Source of the DNA: an uncultured Nanoarchaeota archaeon
Lineage (GTDB): Archaea; Nanobdellota; Nanobdellia; Pacearchaeales; GW2011-AR1
Direction of reading: 5' to 3'
Assembly: GCA_963743615.1 (NCBI GenBank)
Contig: CAVUQF010000002.1
Coordinates: forward strand, 65,697-129,696
Length of the DNA stretch: 64,000 nt
Positions 57,555 through 64,000 of the stretch are shown here, in pieces; position 1 is the first letter of the stretch, and each line of letters begins with the position of its first letter. The notes under the pieces are model-generated. The model searched no databases and was not told where the DNA came from. It saw only the letters and a program-made list of their open reading frames with translations. Made by a program: the position numbers and the translations under genes.

Positions 57555-57989
57555 TTATAATTCTTTCAACTCCTCCTTAAAATCTTTTATATCTTGGAAA
57601 TCTCTATATACAGATGCGAATCTTATGTATGCAACATGATCTAGTTTTTTTATTTTCTTCATTGTCAATTCTCCAATAAATGAACTTTTCACTTCCTTAC
57701 CTTTTTTTCTAACCTGTTCTTCAATCTCTGTTATCATATTGTCGATTTTTTCCTTTGGTACTGGACGTTTTTCAAACGCTTTATCAATACCGTGCTCAAG
57801 TTTTTCCCTGCTGAATTTTTCTCTCCTTCCATCTTTTTTTACAACGTAAAAGTCTTCTCTCTCAATTCTTTCATACGTTGTAAATCTCTTCTTGCACTTA
57901 AGACACTCTCTCCTCCTCCTTATTCCCCCAGGAGACCCTCTCTTATTGGTCACCTTCGACTCTTCACTCAAGCAGTATGGGCACTTCAT
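57555..57989 (-). CDS. nrdR: NrdR transcriptional repressor (Zn ribbon plus ATP-cone)
   Basis: MKCPYCLSEESKVTNKR...CLKCKKRFTTYERIE, followed by an ATP-cone. The ORF track begins at TTG 58007; the MKCPYC start is preferred. Confidence 0.8.
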   Translation of the reverse strand: MKCPYCLSEESKVTNKRGSPGGIRRRRECLKCKKRFTTYERIEREDFYVVKKDGRREKFSREKLEHGIDKAFEKRPVPKEKIDNMITEIEEQVRKKGKEVKSSFIGELTMKKIKKLDHVAYIRFASVYRDFQDIKDFKEELKEL

Positions 57990-58003
57990 AAATATGAACG
58001 TAT

Positions 58004-58017
58004 ACAATATATTGTAC
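58004..58017. promoter_or_regulatory. NrdR-box-like palindrome upstream of nrdR-nrdJ
   Basis: TACAATATATTGTA is a perfect 14-bp palindrome matching the NrdR-box core acaCwAtATaTwGtgt. It sits ~15 bp upstream of the nrdR ATG. Confidence 0.5.
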
Positions 58018-58174
58018 TTTTATCTTTTTATATTACTACAGGTTGTATAATAGAGTATCTTATTTAGAACTATTATTTAAACATTCATAATTACTTTAGA
58101 ATAAATACATCCTTGGGCTTTGCACGATAAGTAAGGCTCCTGAAAATCAATGAACGAGAAGTGCTAAGGTTTCT

Positions 58175-58543
58175 TCAAAGAACAAGTCCTTCTACTTTTG
58201 ACGGGTCTAGCTTGCTTCCATTCTTTGGAAATAAGACTGTTGTTTCCCCAAGAATTGGAGAATTGAGACAAATTCTCTCTTCTCCAACATCAATAAGATT
58301 ATAAATCTGTAGGTTCGCAACGTACTCTAGGTGCCCGTCATTAATCCATTTGTGGGGTATTGGTGATTTTGCTGAAAATCCTTCACCCTTTGCATTCCAA
58401 GATAGTCTAACTCTTAGTTCATTATATTCAAAAGATGCATCGGCTATCTCCCCCTGATAAAGATACCCTTCATTAGCATTTTGAACTTCGAGTTGTCCCC
58501 CAGTATATGCTTTTCTTAAGAGTCTCGTATCCAATCCTGTCAT
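58175..58543 (-). CDS. hypothetical protein
   Basis: 122-aa ORF with a somewhat higher GC content than its surroundings. Confidence 0.3.
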   Translation of the reverse strand: MTGLDTRLLRKAYTGGQLEVQNANEGYLYQGEIADASFEYNELRVRLSWNAKGEGFSAKSPIPHKWINDGHLEYVANLQIYNLIDVGEERICLNSPILGETTVLFPKNGSKLDPSKVEGLVL

Positions 58544-58834
58544 AGAGATAGTTCCTTCTGAACATATTTAAGGATTTCTTTAATGAAAAGTATATATCAT
58601 AAATTGTTACAATACTTCTTGTTCAAAACTAAACAAATAATTTGATTTTCCTTACTTATCGTTCAAAAAATAGCTAAAATTTATAAGTCTAGACTTTCCA
58701 TGCAACGCAACATTCTTAAGGAAGAATTAAATGTAAAAAACAATGGAAACGTTCAAACAAAGAATAGTTCAGGTTAGGTATGATCTGTTAATTTAGAATC
58801 TCTTCCAAAAGATGATAAGACAATCTATGTTCAT

Positions 58835-59116
58835 TTGTTTAAAACTGCTGATGGGAAAAATTTAGAGGGAGTTGCGACATCAAATTTCTTATTTAACATT
58901 TTGTCCAAGGGGCGGGCAAAAAGATCTTCTTTACCTTATTCACAACATCTTATCTTACCACTTATTAAACAGTTAGCTCAGACTAATAATGCAGAAATTG
59001 ATTACGAACCGGCAATTGTACAAGGTTTAGAAGCTTATATTTCGATGGAGTCTGAAAAGGGTCGCGGTTATTCCAGTACTGAAGGAGTTTATGTTAAAGC
59101 CACTTCTAGTGCTTAA
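58835..59116 (+). CDS. hypothetical protein
   Basis: 93-aa ORF. Confidence 0.2.
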   Translation: MFKTADGKNLEGVATSNFLFNILSKGRAKRSSLPYSQHLILPLIKQLAQTNNAEIDYEPAIVQGLEAYISMESEKGRGYSSTEGVYVKATSSA

Positions 59117-59156
59117 ACAATAATCAGTCAATTTAGATTATAATCTTACAAAGATA

Positions 59157-59468
59157 TTACATATGGCCAGTATGTGTTCTCTTTTCATTACTTTCAATAA
59201 TTTTGCTAAGAACCTCTTCACCACTTACTCCTATCATCGAGCATAAACCCAAGCAATAAACCATTAGATCTCCGATAGCATCAATTATCTCTTCTTTGTT
59301 GTTAATCTCGGCAGCTGGTTTCTTATTGCTATTTTTGTAAGCTTTTGCCAATTCACCAAGCTCTTCAGTCATTAGAATAATTTCTTTACTAATATCGGTT
59401 ACATTAAATCCTCTATTAACTTTGTTATTGAAGATTTTCTTCTGCAAATCATCCATAGACATGATCAC
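59157..59468 (-). CDS. MazG-like all-alpha nucleotide pyrophosphohydrolase
   Basis: EExxE-type motif LMTEELGELAKA, plus AIGDLMVY; 103 aa. Confidence 0.6.
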   Translation of the reverse strand: MIMSMDDLQKKIFNNKVNRGFNVTDISKEIILMTEELGELAKAYKNSNKKPAAEINNKEEIIDAIGDLMVYCLGLCSMIGVSGEEVLSKIIESNEKRTHTGHM

Positions 59469-59562
59469 TAAAAGAATACGCGAAATTTAAATTCTTCTAA
59501 AGTCCGCAGAAGACTCTTAGCATACTAAAAATTAAAAAAAATAAAAAAATAAGGAAAAGGTT

Positions 59563-59751
59563 TTACCCGTGATACTTGTGTGGCATTGCTAACTTTGATA
59601 TCCCTGCAAGAACAAGTAAAATACCGATGAATGTACCCCAGTCCAAGAAAGGCCAGTAAACATTTGCAAGAACTAGCAATCCGACAACAATCATCCCCCA
59701 CCCTTTCATCTTATGCATCATGCAACACCCCATCATTTCTTTTTTTGGCAT
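59563..59751 (-). CDS. small membrane protein
   Basis: 62 aa with 2 TM segments. Confidence 0.25.
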   Translation of the reverse strand: MPKKEMMGCCMMHKMKGWGMIVVGLLVLANVYWPFLDWGTFIGILLVLAGISKLAMPHKYHG

Positions 59752-59812
59752 TTTTCACCTCCTCTTAATTATATTATTTTTCTTCTATTTAAATGTTTTT
59801 TATTACAATTTT

Positions 59813-60472
59813 TCAAATTTTATATTCGTAATATTTGTTGTAATCAATTGTCCATCCAACAACTTCTTTTTTTGGCTTATTTTCCATAATTTTCCTGAAC
59901 AGTCTTATAGAGTTGCCTGATGCCGAAATTGCGATGTTGGCTTTTTCCCTCTTAGAAAGTTTTTTGATATATTCTATGAATCTTCTAACCCTTTTTTCAA
60001 CATCCGCAAAAGATTCTCCATGAGGGGGAGCAACGTCATATCCCCTGTGAATAAGATTATACTCTTTTTCCCCAAGGAACTTTTCAACATCTTTTCTCTC
60101 CCTTATGGAAAGATCTGATATTGCATCTCCTTCTTTCATTAGGTTATATTCTTGTCTTCCAATTCTTTTAACAAATTCATTGTGTGAAGTTCCTTCTAAA
60201 TCCCCATAGCTTCTTTCAATCATCCTTTTATCACTAATTACTTTCCTGCATTCCGGATGATATTTTAAAACTTCTTTAAGAGTTTGTCTTGATCTCCAGA
60301 GGGTATTATCAAATGCTATATCAATTCTTTTGTCTTTAAGCTGGCGTGCAATTCCTTGCGCCTGTCTTATTCCAAGGGGGGTAAGCTTTGATTCTTTCCA
60401 TCCTGTGAATATGCCTTTTTTGTTAAAATAAGTCTGACCATGCCTAAACAAATAAATGTGATACTTTTTCAT
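59813..60472 (-). CDS. histidine phosphatase (phosphoglycerate-mutase family)
   Basis: IYLFRHGQTYFNKKGIFTGW carries the RHG catalytic motif. Confidence 0.8.
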   Translation of the reverse strand: MKKYHIYLFRHGQTYFNKKGIFTGWKESKLTPLGIRQAQGIARQLKDKRIDIAFDNTLWRSRQTLKEVLKYHPECRKVISDKRMIERSYGDLEGTSHNEFVKRIGRQEYNLMKEGDAISDLSIRERKDVEKFLGEKEYNLIHRGYDVAPPHGESFADVEKRVRRFIEYIKKLSKREKANIAISASGNSIRLFRKIMENKPKKEVVGWTIDYNKYYEYKI

Positions 60473-60494
60473 TTTACCTCTTTAGTTTATTGTT

Positions 60495-61703
60495 CTATAA
60501 CTTCTGGAATTTTCCCAGAATCTTTTTCATTTTTTCGATGAAATAATCAATTTCTTCCTCTGTTGTAAATCTGCTTATACTTACTCTTATTGAATTGCTT
60601 GCCTTTTCATCTGATAATCCTATTGCTTTCAATACATGACTTATCCCGCTAGTTGAATGGGACATGCACGCGCTTCCTGCGGAGGTTAGTATTCCAGAAT
60701 TCTCAAGATATCCTCCTACAACCTCTCCATCAACATTTTCAAATGAGATGTTAATGTTGTTGCATAACCTTCTTTCCCTTGGGCCATTTAATTTTATTCC
60801 CGGGATTCTAAGAAGCTCATTTATCGTTTTGTCTCTGAGTATTATCATTTTTTCAACATCTTTTTTGTTTGAAATGTCTGCGGCTTTCGCAAATCCAACA
60901 ATGCCAGAAATATTTTCTGTTCCACTCCTTAATCCTCTTTCATGTCCTCCTCCGTGAAGCAAGGGGGTTATTTCAATTCCCTTCCTTATGTATAACGCAC
61001 CAACCCCTTTGGGCCCGTGAATTTTATGAGAGTTCAAGGTGACCAAATCAAGATTTTGTTTTTTTACGTCGATAGGAACTTTCGTAAAGCTCTGGCAGGC
61101 GTCAGTATGAAATAGTACATTTTTTGCTTTGCAAATTTTTGTTATCGCTTCCAAATCTTGGATGGTCCCTATTTCATTGTTTCCATGAATAATCGAAACT
61201 ACAATTGTTTTGTCTGTTATCTCTTTTTCAATATCTTTTGGATTTACAAAACCATCCTTATCAACACTAAGATAAGTTACCTTTGCGCCCTGTTTTTCAA
61301 GCCATTTGCATGTGTTCAAGACGCAATCATGCTCTATTTTCGTGGTTATAATATGATTTTTTTTAGGAAAATTTGAGAAGAATAAACCCTTTAGCGCAAA
61401 ATTATTAGATTCTGTTCCTCCAGAGGTAAAATAAATCTCTTCTTTATTTGCATTTATTGACTTTGCAATTGCGTGCCTGCTATCCTCAAGTGCGTTTTTT
61501 GCTTCCTTCCCTTTTTCGTGGATTGAAGAAGCATTTCCATACTTCTCTGTAAAGTAAGGAAGCATTTCTTTTACAACTCTTTCATCAACTTTTGTTGATG
61601 CTGCATTATCAAAATATATCTGCTTGTCCATACCAATCCCATAATTGTTAAATATAAAAATCTTGTGAGTTACATCTCGGAGGCTATCCCCTCTTTCGAA
61701 CAT
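60495..61703 (-). CDS. iscS: cysteine desulfurase (class V aminotransferase, IscS/NifS-like)
   Basis: IYFDNAASTKV; PLP-Lys SHKIHGPKGVGALYIR; active-site Cys GSACMS. Confidence 0.9.
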   Translation of the reverse strand: MFERGDSLRDVTHKIFIFNNYGIGMDKQIYFDNAASTKVDERVVKEMLPYFTEKYGNASSIHEKGKEAKNALEDSRHAIAKSINANKEEIYFTSGGTESNNFALKGLFFSNFPKKNHIITTKIEHDCVLNTCKWLEKQGAKVTYLSVDKDGFVNPKDIEKEITDKTIVVSIIHGNNEIGTIQDLEAITKICKAKNVLFHTDACQSFTKVPIDVKKQNLDLVTLNSHKIHGPKGVGALYIRKGIEITPLLHGGGHERGLRSGTENISGIVGFAKAADISNKKDVEKMIILRDKTINELLRIPGIKLNGPRERRLCNNINISFENVDGEVVGGYLENSGILTSAGSACMSHSTSGISHVLKAIGLSDEKASNSIRVSISRFTTEEEIDYFIEKMKKILGKFQKL

Positions 61704-61904
61704 CCTTTACTTATTCTCTATCGTTTGATTTTGTTAGATCCAATCCGGCATTCAAGTCAACAAGCTCTAGAATAAAATTATCATCTTGAGAGTTATCGCT
61801 TGTATTTTCTTTGTTCTTTACAATAGGCTTATTTTTCATAGAATTAGTATGTATCTCTACTTTATAAATTCTACTATTTGTTATTACTATTAAGTTACAT
61901 AGAA

Positions 61905-61975
61905 TGGGCACGGAGGGAATCGAACCCCCATCTGGCGGTCTGGAGCCGCCGAGTCTGCCATTAGCCTACGCACCC
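61905..61975 (-). tRNA. tRNA-Trp (anticodon CCA)
   Basis: Acceptor GGGUGCG/CGUGCCC+A with GU pairs. Anticodon arm GGCGG-CUCCAGA-CCGCC. T-arm GGGGG-UUCGAUU-CCCUC. The D-stem is poorly paired. Confidence 0.55.
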
Positions 61976-62051
61976 ATGCTATTCCTTTAACTTTTTGATT
62001 AATAAATATTCCTTAACAAATATTTTTATAGTTCTTTATTCTTATAAAAAA

Positions 62052-62423
62052 ATGAAACAGGTGTTGCTGGATACTAATTTTATAATAAGTTGCGTGAGGC
62101 AGAAAATAGATTTCTTTGAAGAAATTCCATTAATGGGTCTGGAAATCCTTATTCCAAGACAAGTATTTAATGAGATAAAAAAACTTTCAAAGTCAAGGGA
62201 AGGCGCAAATATAAGAGAGGAAGCTGATCTCGCGTTAAAGTTGCTTAATCGGAATAAATTTACCCTCATGAAATTGAAATATAACTATGTTGACAAAGGA
62301 ATAGAAAAAATGGCAGATGAAAACAAGGATCTTATCATTGCAACTTTAGATAAGGAGCTAAAAGAAAAAATTCAAAACAGAAAAATGATCATTAGGGGAA
62401 TGAAAAAGTTGGAGATTATCTAA
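62052..62423 (+). CDS. PIN-domain protein (Fcf1/Nob1-like) upstream of rpoE
   Basis: MKQVLLDTNFII is a PIN N-terminal Asp motif, and DLIIATLD is a distal acidic motif. This is the conserved archaeal position before rpoE. Confidence 0.55.
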   Translation: MKQVLLDTNFIISCVRQKIDFFEEIPLMGLEILIPRQVFNEIKKLSKSREGANIREEADLALKLLNRNKFTLMKLKYNYVDKGIEKMADENKDLIIATLDKELKEKIQNRKMIIRGMKKLEII

Positions 62424-62512
62424 AATTTCTCTAATAATTTTTGTTTCTTTAATAATGATTTATCCTTATTGAAATAATAAGCTTTAAAAACCAAATTCAC
62501 TAACTTTTTTCA

Positions 62513-63127
62513 ATGTTCTATATAACTGAAGTCGAAGATCATGTAAGAGTTGAACCAAAGCTGTTTGGCCTATCTACAAGGGATGCTGTGGAGAACCAGT
62601 TAAAAGAAACTTACAAGGATTATTACGAGAGAGATTTAGGAAAAGTAATCACAGTGGTTGAGGTAATGGAAATAGGGGATGGTATTATAATCCCGGGTGA
62701 TGGAGCAGTTTACTACGCTTCAAGATTCAAACTTCTTGTATGGAAACCAGAATTGCAGGAACTTGTTTATGGCTCAATTGCGGAAATAACAAATTTTGGA
62801 GCTTTCATAGATTTGGGTGTTATGAGAGGGATGATTCATATAAGTCAGACAATGAATGATTATGTCACTTTTTCAAAGACAGACAGTCTTACTGGGAAGG
62901 TTTCAAAAAGGGCATTGAAAAGTGGGGATCTTTGCCTTGCAAGGATTGTTGCAATAAGTCACAAAGGTGGAGCACCAAAAATTGGCATAACTATGAGACA
63001 GCCTGGACTTGGAAAGTTAGAATGGATCAAAGAAGATAATGCAAAGAAAGACAGAGACGCCAAGAGAGCTGCAAAAGAAGGATCTGACGAAAAGAAAGGA
63101 AAAGGAAAAAAGGAGAAGAAGAAATAA
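62513..63127 (+). CDS. rpoE: RNA polymerase subunit E (Rpb7 homologue, S1 domain) with a Lys-rich tail
   Basis: MFYITEVEDHVRVEPKLFG...GSIAEITNFGAFIDLGVMRGMIHISQ. Confidence 0.85.
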   Translation: MFYITEVEDHVRVEPKLFGLSTRDAVENQLKETYKDYYERDLGKVITVVEVMEIGDGIIIPGDGAVYYASRFKLLVWKPELQELVYGSIAEITNFGAFIDLGVMRGMIHISQTMNDYVTFSKTDSLTGKVSKRALKSGDLCLARIVAISHKGGAPKIGITMRQPGLGKLEWIKEDNAKKDRDAKRAAKEGSDEKKGKGKKEKKK

Positions 63128-63132
63128 GGAAG

Positions 63133-63318
63133 ATGTCTAAATCAAAAGCATGTAAGATTTGCAAGAAGATTTATGAAGGAGATAAGTGCCCAAATTGCGG
63201 CTCTAAAGAGTTTAGCGATAGCTTCAAAGGGAGGATAGTTGTTATTGATCCAGAGAAGTCAGAAATCGCCCCAAAGATTGGGATTAAAGATAAAGGAAAC
63301 TTTGCAATAAAATTATAA
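63133..63318 (+). CDS. spt4: Spt4/RpoE'' transcription elongation factor (Zn ribbon)
   Basis: CKICKKIYEGDKCPNCGS; 61 aa, adjacent to rpoE. Confidence 0.8.
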   Translation: MSKSKACKICKKIYEGDKCPNCGSKEFSDSFKGRIVVIDPEKSEIAPKIGIKDKGNFAIKL

Positions 63319-63599
63319 TGGAACAAATAAAGGAAAAGCACAATTTTTTATTGAACAGAAAAGAAGTTAGTTTTAAGGTTACAGAATTGCAGTCCCCTCC
63401 TAGCATGGAAAATGCAAAAAAGATGGTTGCTGAAAAACTTTCTGTTCCTGAAGATTTGGTTCATATAGAAAAAGTTATGGGTAAATTTGGGACAGATGAT
63501 TTTACTATAACTGCAAAAATCTATAGCACATCCGCAGAAAGAGAGAGATTTCATGTTGTAAATAAAAAGGCAAAAAAGCCGAAGAAAGGTAAAAAGTAA
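63318..63599 (+). CDS. rps24e: ribosomal protein S24e
   Basis: HNFLLNRKEVSFKV...HIEKVMGKFGTDDFTITAKIYST. Confidence 0.85.
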   Translation: MEQIKEKHNFLLNRKEVSFKVTELQSPPSMENAKKMVAEKLSVPEDLVHIEKVMGKFGTDDFTITAKIYSTSAERERFHVVNKKAKKPKKGKK

Positions 63600-63604
63600 A
63601 CAAA

Positions 63605-63811
63605 ATGGCCGGAAAGAAAGATGCAAAAAAAGGTAAGAAACCTCATAAGAACAAGCCTACAAGCAAAAAATATTCAAAGTATAAAATAGAAGGGACTAAG
63701 GTTGTAAAGGCAGCCCACTGTCCTAGATGTGGTCCAGGAGTATTCCTTATGGACACAAAGGATAGATTATATTGTGGCAAGTGCCATTATTCTGAATTTA
63801 AGAAGAAATAA
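63605..63811 (+). CDS. rps27ae: ribosomal protein S27a (eS31, Zn ribbon)
   Basis: The basic N-terminus is followed by CPRCGPGVFLMDTKDRLYCGKCHY. Confidence 0.85.
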   Translation: MAGKKDAKKGKKPHKNKPTSKKYSKYKIEGTKVVKAAHCPRCGPGVFLMDTKDRLYCGKCHYSEFKKK

Positions 63812-63814
63812 AGC

Positions 63815-64000
63815 TTACAAGGATCTGCTAAGGAGGTCTTGAGCTCTCTTACGATTTATTAAATAAGACATTGTCTCTTCTTCAAGATCTCCAGATATTT
63901 CTATAGCTCCGGCAGGGAGACCTTTTTCTTGGGTATACGCTCTCTGGAGAGAGAGTATTGTCCTAAATAGTTCACTACCATCTCCATTTACATCACTAAC
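63815..64000 (-). CDS. C-terminal 61 codons of an unidentified gene that continues beyond the window end
   Basis: An open reverse-strand frame ending in ...RKRAQDLLSRSL, with its stop at 63815-63817. Confidence 0.25.
   Translation of the reverse strand, partial: VSDVNGDGSELFRTILSLQRAYTQEKGLPAGAIEISGDLEEETMSYLINRKRAQDLLSRSL

Noticed and set aside
1-64000. CRISPR arrays, cas genes, rRNA genes and inteins
   Set aside because: No regularly spaced direct repeats and no cas-like ORFs were found. No 16S/23S/5S signatures are present. The large proteins (RNR, RpoA, RpoB, EF-2) have normal lengths without intein blocks.

Overview
This is an AT-rich archaeal chromosome segment. The archaeal assignment rests on RpoH, RpoE/Spt4, aEF-1alpha/aEF-2, ribosomal proteins S24e/S27ae, archaeal DnaG, diphthine synthase and DUF361-type pilins. 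The gene set looks reduced and DPANN-like. In order, the window holds: (a) RtcB ligase with archease; (b) a ~9 kb minus-strand operon for an archaeal type IV pilus-like system, with 7 pilin-like genes, a FlaI/TadA-family ATPase and two separate T2SSF-domain platform genes; (c) SRP RNA, a RadC fragment and tRNA-Leu; (d) ArgRS, a TrmB regulator, IleRS, diphthine synthase and DtdA; (e) a GGDEF diguanylate cyclase and a P-type ATPase; (f) tRNA-Ser and tRNA-iMet, then isochorismatase, DedA, MGMT, RNase HII and an SMC-family ATPase that has a Rad50-like CxxC hook in place of the hinge; (g) DnaG plus hypotheticals; (h) the conserved cluster rpoH-rpoB-rpoA(fused A'/A'')-nusA-rps12-rps7-fusA-tuf. A ~3.6 kb element sits exactly in the nusA-rps12 spacer of that cluster. 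It is bounded by perfect 23-bp inverted repeats and flanked by an 11-bp direct duplication. It carries an IS6-like transposase, a Dam-class N6-adenine methyltransferase with a convergent small ORF, and a Doc/Fic toxin; (i) MgtC and tRNA-Lys; (j) a dNTP-metabolism cluster: NrdR with an upstream NrdR-box palindrome, B12-dependent class II RNR, CobA-like adenosyltransferase, a Dcd-NUDIX fusion and thioredoxin; (k) cysteine desulfurase and tRNA-Trp, then PIN-rpoE-spt4-S24e-S27ae. I could not run homology searches, so every call rests on recognisable motifs and gene order.
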